Below are positions 44,274 through 53,825 of a DNA stretch of 61,654 bases, in pieces. The notes under the pieces were generated by a model that saw nothing but the letters and a program-made list of their open reading frames with translations, had not been told where the DNA came from and ran no database searches. The first letter of the stretch is position 1. Every line of letters begins with the position of its first letter. The DNA is taken from contig CAZMCQ010000001.1 of assembly GCA_964565195.1 (NCBI GenBank), positions 133,309 through 194,962 of the forward strand, given 5' to 3'. The DNA comes from an uncultured Candidatus Saccharibacteria bacterium (lineage in GTDB: Bacteria; Patescibacteriota; Doudnabacteria; UBA920; 2-01-FULL-46-14). The position numbers and the translations under genes were made by a program.

Positions 44274-44648
44274 CTAAAGTTTTTTATTCTTCAGAGTTAG
44301 TATACTTGAAGCCAATATATTTGCTAATTCTATCAGTTCATCTAATAACTCTTTTAATTCATCCTGGCTGCCTTTTTTCGTATCCCTCAATAGCGTAAGC
44401 CACATTTTCGATTCGTTTGCAGATTTCAGAGAGTGGGTAAAAAAGTTGATAAAGTCTTTCTTGGAACTAGCGGAATTGGCTTCGATATAATTGGCGAGGA
44501 TACTGGTTCCGCTTCTTAACAATTGTTTACCAATAATTTCACAAATAGAATCCTTCGGCAACCGGTCAATGAAACTGATGAGCTTAAGAACCCAGTTGTA
44601 TAATCTTTTCTTAAATTCATTTTTAAATTTTTCTTTGTCATTTTCCAT
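44274..44648 (-). CDS. Four-helix-bundle protein, paralog of 7964-8338
   Basis: Same length (124 aa) and 22 differences by manual alignment (about 82% identity). Confidence 0.92.
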   Translation of the reverse strand: MENDKEKFKNEFKKRLYNWVLKLISFIDRLPKDSICEIIGKQLLRSGTSILANYIEANSASSKKDFINFFTHSLKSANESKMWLTLLRDTKKGSQDELKELLDELIELANILASSILTLKNKKL

Positions 44649-44663
44649 TTTGATTTTTAATTT

Positions 44664-45125
44664 TTAAATTTCATTGAGCCATTGTTTGTTGATGTCGCCG
44701 CTCGAAACAAGCCGCTCCTCCTCGGCTGCTTTCTGATCCAGAAGATAGGCGAGCTTCCGGAGACGCGACTGCCGCTCTTCAGTGATCGGTTCGGGAGCGA
44801 GCTTGGCAAGCGCTGTTTCTTTTTTCACGATCGGGGTCGGGCTGGCGCCGCGCACAAACACCCGGTAGCGCGGGGTGACGAAAAACTTGGCGAACGCGGG
44901 CAGATTGGCGGTGATGGGTTTGCCGTTGAATTGGCCAAAAGCCAAAAACGCAAACAGCCCGGCGGTCGGCAGGGTGAAGACAAAAAACAGCAGCCCCACG
45001 CCCAAAATGGACCAGAACATAAACGCGAGCAGTCCGCCGCCAAGCAGCACCAGAAACTGCTTGAGCGTGAGCGGCCCGATGATCCGGTCCGGAACGTCAA
45101 CGAATTGAGGAACACTATACTGCAT
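44664..45125 (-). CDS. PrgI/VirB3-like membrane protein
   Basis: MQYSVPQFVDVPDRIIGPLTLKQF, two TM helices; upstream of the VirB4-like gene. Confidence 0.88.
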   Translation of the reverse strand: MQYSVPQFVDVPDRIIGPLTLKQFLVLLGGGLLAFMFWSILGVGLLFFVFTLPTAGLFAFLAFGQFNGKPITANLPAFAKFFVTPRYRVFVRGASPTPIVKKETALAKLAPEPITEERQSRLRKLAYLLDQKAAEEERLVSSGDINKQWLNEI

Positions 45126-45199
45126 TTTGGTTTCAGCTTCGGGATTAAAAACTAATTTATTATACCATCATTGCTCGCAAAGGCAAAATCTGCAAATTC

Positions 45200-45284
45200 C
45201 TAATTATTCTAATTAACCTAAAAACCCAATTGGGAATTGGGATTTGTTTAGAATAATTAGAGCAATTAGGTCAATTAGAAATTA
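45200..45284. repeat. CTAATT/AATTAG periodic palindrome, empty
   Basis: taattattctaattaacctaa...ttagaataattag..caattaggtcaattagaaatt; same arms as those flanking 45857-46012. Confidence 0.75.
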
Positions 45285-45818
45285 ACTCAAGGTTTTCCTC
45301 AAACTTGCTCTGAAATCTGCCAATGCTTCGAACTCCGCGTGGTTTAGTATCTCGGACTCCCCCCCGCCCATGAGCTTCAGGCCCGCGGAGACGTAAGCGC
45401 GATGCAAGGGGCTCTGTTCAAAGGCCTGCCGCACCGTCTCGCCTGACGCGCGGCGGCTGGCCACCATATCTTTCATTTTTTTGCCAAGTTCTTCCAAAAA
45501 CAGATACACGGACGGCGCTTTGCGCATGGCTTCAATATTTATCTGCTTTAAGGATTCCACATCAGTGGGCAGCGCGGGCGCGGGTTTGATGTCGGCTTTG
45601 GGCAGAAGAGACGGGTGGACAACCCCCACTCTTTCTCCCCCTTTGTAAGGGGGAGATGAAGAGGGGGGCGGCATTCTAACAGATAACAATTTTGTGAGCT
45701 CATCTACCTGTATCGCGGTCATCTTGGGCAGTAGGAAAAGCCACTCCGACTTTTCCTGGGAGGATAATATGCTTGATTGCTGAATTTTCTGCTTGAGAGA
45801 GTCTGAATCTGGAGCCAT
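45282..45818 (-). CDS. Hypothetical protein with palindromic insert
   Basis: SQEKSEWLFLLPKMT..QVDEL N-terminus; insert PPPSSSPPYKGGERVG at about 45622-45670. Confidence 0.6.
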   Translation of the reverse strand: MAPDSDSLKQKIQQSSILSSQEKSEWLFLLPKMTAIQVDELTKLLSVRMPPPSSSPPYKGGERVGVVHPSLLPKADIKPAPALPTDVESLKQINIEAMRKAPSVYLFLEELGKKMKDMVASRRASGETVRQAFEQSPLHRAYVSAGLKLMGGGESEILNHAEFEALADFRASLRKTLS

Positions 45819-45856
45819 GGGGGAAATTTCTAATTAACCTAATTATTCTAATTGAC

Positions 45857-46012
45857 CTAAATAAATCCCAATAATAAATTACCCAACTTTCTTAACTTTA
45901 CCAATTGATTGATAATCGGTTTGGTAATTTCATTCTTCGGCATTACCGCACAAAATTTGATAATATTTTCCCCAAACTTGGCAGTTCTTTCCTCCAAATC
46001 ATATTTAGCCAT
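45857..46012 (-). pseudogene. Truncated four-helix-bundle gene
   Basis: MAKYDLEERTAKFGENIIKFCAVMPKNEITKPIINQLVK matches the family N-terminus, then runs into the repeat arm and stops (51 aa); the SGTS..ANY half is missing. Confidence 0.8.
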
Positions 46013-46060
46013 TCCGGTATTGGGAATTGATTAGAATAATTAGAAATTAGATCAATTAGG

Positions 46061-47350
46061 TTAATTTTTCTTGACCTTATCCTCCAGTCTCTTCAGCTTC
46101 TCCTCGATGTCTCTGTCTCCCGCGACAATCTCGCCGTGGTCGCCGTCCGAAACTTTCCCCCGCACGATCGCCTCGTTCACCGAGAACGGTTTGTACTCAA
46201 TATTTTCCTCTCCCCTCGCGGGAGAGGTCGGCCCTACCGGGCCGGGTGAGGGGGCTGATCTTGCGACCGGCTTCGCAGTTTCTCCCCTCATCTTCTGCAG
46301 CTCGGCCAGCGTTTCTTTGAGCACCTCCTCGTCAATTACTGGTTTTTCTTTCACCCTCCCCCCACCCCTCCCATCAAGGGAGGGAAATTTTTTCATTCCC
46401 TCCCCCTGGTGGGGAGGGCGAGGGAGGGGGGTAACAGAAGGGGTTATCTTTGGTTCTTCGGTCTTTACCACCGGCATAACCGGAGCTTTTGGTATCGCCA
46501 CAGGCGCCGCCTCACGACGCCTAGGCGCTGGAGGTAAGGGCAAATTTGTCCTCACCACTGGGATGCCTGAACCGCCAAATCTTAACCAATCATAAAGCTC
46601 GAGAACTCGAAGCAGAAATTTTTTATTTTCTTCACTAAGTGCCCGGACATTAAGACTCTTGGTCATATAGGAAATTCTCTCGACGGCTCCCGAATGAAAT
46701 TCCGAACCCGCCACGGAGCGCGAAGCCTGAAGATATTCGCGAAGATAATTCCCAACAGTCGCTGGCAGAGGACGATCTGCCCCGGAAAACAAGATATAAT
46801 TTTTCCCGAGTCTGTATTGCGACGTCGCGATCGCATTGGCAAAAGCCCAAGCAATTTTTCCTTCTAAAAGAATATCGTTATTATCGTCTAAAACTAGCTG
46901 AATTTTCGCCCGAACGTTTATTTTATGCTGCATTGCGAAATATAAATTTTCCTGAACAAGCTTTTCGGCCTCCTGCAGCGGCACCGTATTTAGGGCTACG
47001 AATTTGAGCAAAATCAAAAGTTCCTGATAATGATTATAAATATCAGGGGCAGTCTGGCGCAGGGTTGGGTATAATGGCAAAAGCGTTCCTTGCAAGAGCG
47101 TAATCGCTTTGACTGCTTCTTCACGGTTATCTTGCCGAATAATTTCATCCACAATTTTAGAAAACTCTTCCACAACTTTTGGCTCTGTAAGCTGGCCGGC
47201 ATCGGTAATAAATGGTGTATCCGTGACAGCTAAAGGATGATTTGGATCAGGTAGTTCGCTTGCCAAAAGATCGAATACTTCCGCTGCGGGAGGCGCGGGA
47301 GTAAAAGAATTGTATATTTTTTTTACCTTGTCGAGAAATTCATTCACCAT
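46061..47350 (-). CDS. Hypothetical protein with Pro-rich C-terminus and two palindromic inserts
   Basis: 429-aa ORF in the operon; inserts at about 46205-46257 and 46354-46443. Confidence 0.65.
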   Translation of the reverse strand: MVNEFLDKVKKIYNSFTPAPPAAEVFDLLASELPDPNHPLAVTDTPFITDAGQLTEPKVVEEFSKIVDEIIRQDNREEAVKAITLLQGTLLPLYPTLRQTAPDIYNHYQELLILLKFVALNTVPLQEAEKLVQENLYFAMQHKINVRAKIQLVLDDNNDILLEGKIAWAFANAIATSQYRLGKNYILFSGADRPLPATVGNYLREYLQASRSVAGSEFHSGAVERISYMTKSLNVRALSEENKKFLLRVLELYDWLRFGGSGIPVVRTNLPLPPAPRRREAAPVAIPKAPVMPVVKTEEPKITPSVTPLPRPPHQGEGMKKFPSLDGRGGGRVKEKPVIDEEVLKETLAELQKMRGETAKPVARSAPSPGPVGPTSPARGEENIEYKPFSVNEAIVRGKVSDGDHGEIVAGDRDIEEKLKRLEDKVKKN

Positions 47351-47359
47351 AATTTTATT

Positions 47360-50300
47360 TTATCTGCCGCCTTCTCGCTTAAAAAGCTTCTGAACTTGGT
47401 CAATCCGACTCTCACCTGAAGGTGCTGCACCTTTCGTCTCGCCATAGTGAACTAACTGATTCATAATTTCTTTATACTGATTCCTGCGAGTATCTCTAAG
47501 GCCCTGGCGCGCTAAAACTTGTGATACCCCTTCAATCTTTTCGACTTCTACTGTGTCATCCAATAATTCCGCTGCCGCCATTATCACTTGCTTATTTTGT
47601 CGTTCAGCAACGGCTTTTGCCTGACTCGGGTTCATCTGACCACGGTTAAGTAAAAATTTAACGGCTGGATAATTTTTTAGATAATATGCAACCAAAGTCG
47701 GCTCGATAAGGGTAGTCCTTTTCTGGGTAATATCATAATCTGCATCGGGAAGTTCGCGCGAACCGACGAGGCGGTTACCTTCGGAAAGCACCCGGCCAGT
47801 GGACATTTTGTCCAGCTCGGCACTGACTTCCGGCTCGCGTTCATCCGGACGTTTAAAACGGAGTTTGCCGTTTTCACTGATATACATACGCATTATCTCA
47901 AAATGCTTGGTATCTTCGGCTATGTCACTTACATCGCTCATAATCATCATTGAGGCTTCGTGCCCCAATTTAAATTTTTCTTCCAAAATCAATTTTCGGA
48001 AATTTTCGGCTCCCTCTGGCGAAAATTCAAAAAATTCGCCTTCTTTGTGAGCCTTATGATCCGCACTTTCTTCGGCCGACATATTGCGCGCGTATCTCGA
48101 ACTGTTTATTAACTCATTTTCATTATAAGTTTTGGTCAGATGTTCCATAATGGCAGCCGCGCGCAGCGGCTTCCCTTCCCTCTCCGCGCTGTCAAACAAA
48201 TCCACCAGTTCGTGCCAGTTATTGGTATGAATGGTTTTCTTTTCTTCATCAATCGCGGAGCGAATTTTTTGTTGGGTGAGATAATCATCCGGGGCAATCA
48301 GTTTTTTTCCCTGACTCTCAAGTGCCCGAGCCTGAATAAGTTTATCCTTTCGCTCCTGTTCATATGGGGCTTCCAACTGCTCCGCCTTTTTAATTAATTC
48401 TTCGGCTTTGATGCGTTTGTCTATGGCACCGACACCGGGCTGCGCTGCAGCTTCTTCCCGCAATCTCCCCGCTTGCCTACGCAAGTTTTTAGCTTCCCGC
48501 ATTTGCTGATTATCGGGAAGAACCGCTCTTGCTTTTGTGCTTTTCGCCTGATCAAGGAGCTCGCGCCCTTTTTTCTCCCCCCCTCCAAGCACTCGTCTTA
48601 TACCTGCCGGGCTCCAGTATCGCTGGAAAAAGGTTGTGGGGGACGCCAAGGCAGATTTGCGGTCAAGGGCCTTGGCCGCTCCTTTCGCCTCTCTGGCTTC
48701 CCGGTTAATTTCGCGAGATTTTTTCCAGCCCTCAATCCATTTGCCAGGTCGAATATCAACTCCGGTTTGCTCTAAAAGTTTTTCTGCTCCTAAAGTCGCA
48801 AGGGCCTTTGAACCAAGCAATGCTCCTTTACCTATTCCTTTTATCCCCTTTCCCCCCAGCGCATACGGGGCTTTGAGGCCGCGCTCGGCCAGACTCGTGA
48901 TCGCCGAGGCGCCGAAGATGCTCATATTTTTGGTGACGAGCAGCGCGGCCCACAAAAAGGCCAAAATCATCAGATAGACGATCATCAGCACGAGGAACTG
49001 GCTGAAATCAACCTCGCCGCCGGCCTTGGCGGTAAGATTGCGCAAATAAGTGAAGATGTCGTCATTCGTGCCTGCGCCCGGGATGATCTGCAGCCCGTCG
49101 CGGTAGAGCGCGAGCGCGAGGCGCAGAAAGAACGCCATAATCGGCGCGAACAGCGCGTATTTGATGAAGTTGTTCCACCATTTTTTCGCCTGATCCGCGG
49201 TGGCCGGCAGAATGGTGAGCCCGTAAGCCAGCGGCGAGAGGATGAGCAAAATCCAGAGCGCCACGGTCCGGATCACCATAAAAATGGCGAGCGCGCCGAA
49301 CGTGACGAAGACCATGAGCTCCAGCGTAAACTGGAACAGCAGCGTGGCCGTGGCGGCCAGGGCCGTGGAGCTGTCAAAGGAAAAATTCTTAAACGCGCCC
49401 ACGAGAAAATCCGCGTGCTCGGAGACCAATGACTGAAAAACATACTTCACGCCCGAGATGCCGTTTAACTGGCCCTCCACCTGCACGGTCACGGGCAGGA
49501 AGGTAAACTGCACGACATCCAGAACCTGGATGATGATCCGGCCGATGACCAGCGAGAAGTTGACCAAAAGCGCCATCAAAATCAGTTTCGCGAGCAGTTT
49601 TTTGTAATTGTAGCTTTCCAGCTTCAGAATCGTGCCAAAGGCGATGACGATGAGCGCCAGAATGAAAAACATATTGACAATGTCGCGCACGAACGTCCAC
49701 CCCGCGATGATCGGCCCGCTCGCAATCGCGCCAGCGTCGAGCTTCAGGGTGGCCTCCAGAATCGGCAAGAGGATCAGGGTGATGAGCCAGTAGGAAATCG
49801 CGCGGACGAGCGCCAAGATCGCGCCGATGATGATATTGACCGTGGAGATAAGCGGCCCGCCAAGATCGCCGCCTGAAGTGCCAGTGCCTGCGCTCTGCGG
49901 CCGGTCATCGGCCGTAACAACGGCTGAAAAACTCGCGGTCGCCAGGGAATCCGAGCCCGCCAGGGCCTCCACCCGGCCGGCGTATGAGACCGGCGGCGAC
50001 CCGCTCGGCACAAGGTTGTACTCGCAGACAAATTCCGTGGCCGTGCCGCTGCTTGGGGTATTGGCCGCAGCCGGCGGCTGGCTCGTGTCGCAATCAAAAG
50101 TGTACCGCGTCGGGTTCCGCCCCGTCGCTCCCGGAAGATAAACTATCTCATAAGCCATGGTGGCCTTGCCGGAAGTGGGAAAGGTCTTGCTTTTCAGGTT
50201 GACACTCAACTGCGCAGGGCCGCTCGTATCCGCCGCGGCGATCGTAACCTGCTTGGTACCAAGATAAGGCGTCTCAACCGCGTTTTCACCGCTGCCGACC

Positions 50301-50680
50301 GCATAATTCATCTCGGCCTCAAGGTTGTTTGCGCCAACCTGAAATTTGGTCGCGCTGATGCGAAAGCTGACGATCACCTTGCCCTGGCCGGCCGGATCCC
50401 GGGTGGATTTCACCTCGGTGCAGGCGCCGCGAGTCTGGCCAGCGCGGCAGACTCGTAAAACCGCTTCCACTAAATTTCCCGGCTGCGCGGCGCGGTTTTT
50501 GAGCTGCATGGTCGCGCTGACCTGATCCCCGATTTTCGGCGCTGCTGGATCAAAAATAATCTCCACCGAGTCCGGCAGGATTATGGCCTCGGCCGGCAAG
50601 GGCAAAAAGCCCGCGAGAAAAACCGCCAGGAGGACTAGGAGAAGAAATTTATGGAAATATTTGGAAATAAATAGAAACAT
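47360..50680 (-). CDS. Large VirB6/TrbL-like polytopic membrane protein
   Basis: Signal peptide, Ig-like N-region, then WTFVRDIVNMFFILALIVIAFGTIL, KLILMALLVNFSL, IRTVALWILLILSPLA, WW..F.KY..FAPI..FFL; helical cytoplasmic tail. Confidence 0.8.
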   Translation of the reverse strand: MFLFISKYFHKFLLLVLLAVFLAGFLPLPAEAIILPDSVEIIFDPAAPKIGDQVSATMQLKNRAAQPGNLVEAVLRVCRAGQTRGACTEVKSTRDPAGQGKVIVSFRISATKFQVGANNLEAEMNYAVGSGENAVETPYLGTKQVTIAAADTSGPAQLSVNLKSKTFPTSGKATMAYEIVYLPGATGRNPTRYTFDCDTSQPPAAANTPSSGTATEFVCEYNLVPSGSPPVSYAGRVEALAGSDSLATASFSAVVTADDRPQSAGTGTSGGDLGGPLISTVNIIIGAILALVRAISYWLITLILLPILEATLKLDAGAIASGPIIAGWTFVRDIVNMFFILALIVIAFGTILKLESYNYKKLLAKLILMALLVNFSLVIGRIIIQVLDVVQFTFLPVTVQVEGQLNGISGVKYVFQSLVSEHADFLVGAFKNFSFDSSTALAATATLLFQFTLELMVFVTFGALAIFMVIRTVALWILLILSPLAYGLTILPATADQAKKWWNNFIKYALFAPIMAFFLRLALALYRDGLQIIPGAGTNDDIFTYLRNLTAKAGGEVDFSQFLVLMIVYLMILAFLWAALLVTKNMSIFGASAITSLAERGLKAPYALGGKGIKGIGKGALLGSKALATLGAEKLLEQTGVDIRPGKWIEGWKKSREINREAREAKGAAKALDRKSALASPTTFFQRYWSPAGIRRVLGGGEKKGRELLDQAKSTKARAVLPDNQQMREAKNLRRQAGRLREEAAAQPGVGAIDKRIKAEELIKKAEQLEAPYEQERKDKLIQARALESQGKKLIAPDDYLTQQKIRSAIDEEKKTIHTNNWHELVDLFDSAEREGKPLRAAAIMEHLTKTYNENELINSSRYARNMSAEESADHKAHKEGEFFEFSPEGAENFRKLILEEKFKLGHEASMMIMSDVSDIAEDTKHFEIMRMYISENGKLRFKRPDEREPEVSAELDKMSTGRVLSEGNRLVGSRELPDADYDITQKRTTLIEPTLVAYYLKNYPAVKFLLNRGQMNPSQAKAVAERQNKQVIMAAAELLDDTVEVEKIEGVSQVLARQGLRDTRRNQYKEIMNQLVHYGETKGAAPSGESRIDQVQKLFKREGGR

Positions 50681-50732
50681 CAGAGAAACAGATAGAAATA
50701 TTTAGAAACTTTTGAAAACATATTGAAACTTA

Positions 50733-51122
50733 TTAAGATTCGTTGTTCTTGGATTTATAAGTGGCGGAGATAAAATTGTTCAGCTTAATGGAAAGTTTTA
50801 TTCCATTTTCTTTGAGAGCCGAGTATCGCTGCTCGTCGATTTTGTTTCGTTCTTTCAATAACTCCAACCAATGATCAACGCCTTCAGCAAGCGAGGCCCG
50901 AGCGTTGTAATAAAATTTAATTTTATCAAGATAATGAAACCTGCCATAGCCCTCTGCAATGTTTGCGCCCACCGAATCAATGGCTGAAATAAATTGATCT
51001 CCCATTACTTTCTTGGTCTGCCAATCTAAGAGAATGTATATTTCCCATCCTGTTTTTGATAGCTCTCTGGCGAGCTTGTAAACTTCCAAATCTTCGAGTA
51101 ATATGTATTTCTTTTTTTCCAT
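50733..51122 (-). CDS. Four-helix-bundle protein
   Basis: LEDLEVYKLA, DQFISAIDSVGANIAEGYGR, F...ARASL.E; flanked by inverted GAAA/TTTC periodic arrays (about 50641-50722 and 51115-51225). Confidence 0.92.
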   Translation of the reverse strand: MEKKKYILLEDLEVYKLARELSKTGWEIYILLDWQTKKVMGDQFISAIDSVGANIAEGYGRFHYLDKIKFYYNARASLAEGVDHWLELLKERNKIDEQRYSALKENGIKLSIKLNNFISATYKSKNNES

Positions 51123-51224
51123 GAGTTTCCATTTTGTTTCTACCCGTTTCCACTTATTTCAATCCTATTTCTATTTATTTCCATCTGTTTCCACTTCGTT
51201 TCTATTTATTGCCCTATATTTCTA

Positions 51225-53825
51225 TCATTCCCGCGGTTTAACTAGAGGAGAGAGAAACAGGGTTTGGGCGCTGGTGCTGATAGAATCAAAGCTTAGGGTT
51301 CCGCAGCCCACTGATTTCGTTGACGTTCCGGTTGTAAGAGATATCCCGAAAGTATAAACACCATCACCCGGAGGGACCCATTGTAGGCCACCGCTACCGG
51401 GAGCAGTGATGGAATTCTCAAAAACTTTACCGGAGGTACCGGATTTGACAGCCCAAACACTGGCTCTTTCGGCCGCAGACTGTATAGTCCAATTGATCGA
51501 CACTGATGGCCCCGATTTTGTTGCGGTACATTGATCGGCTGGGGGGGGCGGCAGTCCGCTACCGGCCACAGTGACGGTCACCGCTGGAAATTGGACATTG
51601 ACCCCCGGCCCGGAGAGGCCACCGGTATAGGTGGCGGCTGTGGTGGGGCCGGGATTGACGGTTCTCGAACCGATGGCGCCAAAACCACTGGCCACAAATG
51701 AATTACTGCCTGCTCCGCCGGCATTCAAACCGCTGATCGTCACTGTCAAATCGCTGCGACCAGCAGATACAGAAGGGGCGTTCCAACTCAAAGTAAATGC
51801 AGCCCCAGAGCTCGGTATGGGATTAGGAGAGGCAGTAAAGGTCGCCTGACTCCCCGGCGGCGATCCGCCAGGGTTGGTGACAATCACCGAACAAGACGCG
51901 GATTTGGCCGCGCTGGTTACGGTTACGGTTTTCTGGCCGGCCGATGAATAATACGTCGCAAACGTCGCCCCTGTGCCTTCGGGGTTGCCGCTGCCATTAG
52001 CTGTCCAGGAATATGTACCATCCCCGCCGGAAGCAGTGAAGCTTGCCGTTTGGTTGACATTGACAGTCTGCGAAGCTGGCGAACAGGATACCTCGTTGCC
52101 CGGCCCGCCGCCGCCGGTGATGGTGCTGATATTCACCACTGCCACAGCAATAGTTTCTCCGTCGACTAGCAAGCTAAGCTGCGTATCCCTGGTCGGTTTA
52201 AAAGTGCGCGTACCGATTTTTTCTTCGGCGCCTACTGCCGGCTCGAGATCAGGAGGCGGATCTACGGAAATGGCGACCGCACCGGTGAGACTTCCTACGC
52301 TCCAGTTAACCGTGACGCTGTCGCCGGAATTGACGATCTCCGTAGTCTTACCATTCACGCGGATGAATGGGTTGTTTATATTTGGATCGTCACAGGCAAC
52401 GATATTTTCCTGGCAGCCGGCGATAATAATATCGTCGGGCGGTGTAGTCGGGGTCGGACTCTGGTAGTTTGGAGCCGTAGTTTCTGTGGAGTCCTTCGGG
52501 ACACCGCAGGAATTTTTTTCAGTCAGGAGCCGCGCGTTTTTTTGTTTGAAGATCGTATTGACGATGAGGTCCGAAACAAACCCTGCGATAACTTTGGTTG
52601 CGACGCCGGAAAATGCGACATCACCTTGCTCGCTTTTCGATTTGAACAGTGAGTCGAGGGTTTTATCCAGAGAACTATTTATCGTGGTGGCAGCGCGCGT
52701 AATCGTGTTGCTCGCGGACCGCGGCACTTTGTTACCGGTAGAGATAAGCTCTAGGTTGGACGCCGCGCGGCCCTGCGCCTCCACGCTGTAGGCCAGATCC
52801 TGCATTGAGAGATATTGGAACTGCGGCGAGGCGTACGGGTTGCCGAGGCGGGCCATCCGGCGGTAGTAATCCGCGGTCGAACGCGGGTCAAGCTCGCTCA
52901 TCAAAAACCCGCGCGCCTTGGTCGCCTGATAGAGCGCGAGGTTGTTGAGGGCCTGCGTGTTCACGCCGCCGCAGGAGACGGCGCTCGTTAACATCGCCAG
53001 CCCCCCGCGCACGAGGAGAGTTTCCTGCTCCGGATTAAGCCCGCCCGCACCAACATTGATCTGCCCGCTGCCGGGCGTGATGCCCGAGACAAACCCGTCG
53101 GACGCGGTATTTTCTACCTTAAGCTCGACCTTAAGCTGTTTAATAACCAGGGCATTGGATCGGCTGGAAATATTTAGATAATAGGCTGTGGACTGCTGCG
53201 GGGAGACGGTTTTTGTTCCGGAGTTGGGTATGCTGATCAGATTGTTCGCACCGAATTCTTTGCCCTGGAGCTGCACAAAGATATTATCGCCTGCCACATC
53301 CCAGCGCAGCTCCGCTGTCCTGCCCTTCTTAATTTCTCTGGGATTGACATTGAAAGATGAAGATGTAACTTTCGCGGGTATGTTTAAGCCAGCCAATGCT
53401 TCGACTTTTTTGGGGTCGCTGAATAGCGGCGAAGAATTTAAAGGTAACTGGTTTGAGCCGGTAACAATGCTGGCTAAGTTGGTATCCTTCGGTTCATTTT
53501 TAATATCTTTATTAGATTTGTTGGGGTTCAAAAGCGAATTTAGCTGCGCCCCGATATAGACATCAAAGCCAAGCGCGTCAGAGTAGTTGAGAATATTTTT
53601 TATTGTATGGACGCTCTCCAGCTTGGTCAGAATGTCCACGCTGAATTTGGCGATAATCTTCTGCATCAAAGCTTTCGCCAAAGCTTTGACAAATTCAAAC
53701 GCGATCTGGATCGCCGCGTCTATGCCGAAAAAGGCCTGGGCTTTCTGAAAATCAATGTATAGCGAAAAACCAAGCAGGCCCACTGTCGCCACCGCAACCA
53801 GACAAATTGTCGCAAAAATCCTCAT
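51225..53825 (-). CDS. Large exported protein with helical N-part and multiple Ig/PKD-like repeats
   Basis: N-terminal TM; FNVNP..I..G....L.W, VSCSPASQTV.V...ASFTASGG.GTYSW, ATFTASPNPI; S/G/T/P-rich. Confidence 0.7.
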   Translation of the reverse strand: MRIFATICLVAVATVGLLGFSLYIDFQKAQAFFGIDAAIQIAFEFVKALAKALMQKIIAKFSVDILTKLESVHTIKNILNYSDALGFDVYIGAQLNSLLNPNKSNKDIKNEPKDTNLASIVTGSNQLPLNSSPLFSDPKKVEALAGLNIPAKVTSSSFNVNPREIKKGRTAELRWDVAGDNIFVQLQGKEFGANNLISIPNSGTKTVSPQQSTAYYLNISSRSNALVIKQLKVELKVENTASDGFVSGITPGSGQINVGAGGLNPEQETLLVRGGLAMLTSAVSCGGVNTQALNNLALYQATKARGFLMSELDPRSTADYYRRMARLGNPYASPQFQYLSMQDLAYSVEAQGRAASNLELISTGNKVPRSASNTITRAATTINSSLDKTLDSLFKSKSEQGDVAFSGVATKVIAGFVSDLIVNTIFKQKNARLLTEKNSCGVPKDSTETTAPNYQSPTPTTPPDDIIIAGCQENIVACDDPNINNPFIRVNGKTTEIVNSGDSVTVNWSVGSLTGAVAISVDPPPDLEPAVGAEEKIGTRTFKPTRDTQLSLLVDGETIAVAVVNISTITGGGGPGNEVSCSPASQTVNVNQTASFTASGGDGTYSWTANGSGNPEGTGATFATYYSSAGQKTVTVTSAAKSASCSVIVTNPGGSPPGSQATFTASPNPIPSSGAAFTLSWNAPSVSAGRSDLTVTISGLNAGGAGSNSFVASGFGAIGSRTVNPGPTTAATYTGGLSGPGVNVQFPAVTVTVAGSGLPPPPADQCTATKSGPSVSINWTIQSAAERASVWAVKSGTSGKVFENSITAPGSGGLQWVPPGDGVYTFGISLTTGTSTKSVGCGTLSFDSISTSAQTLFLSPLVKPRE

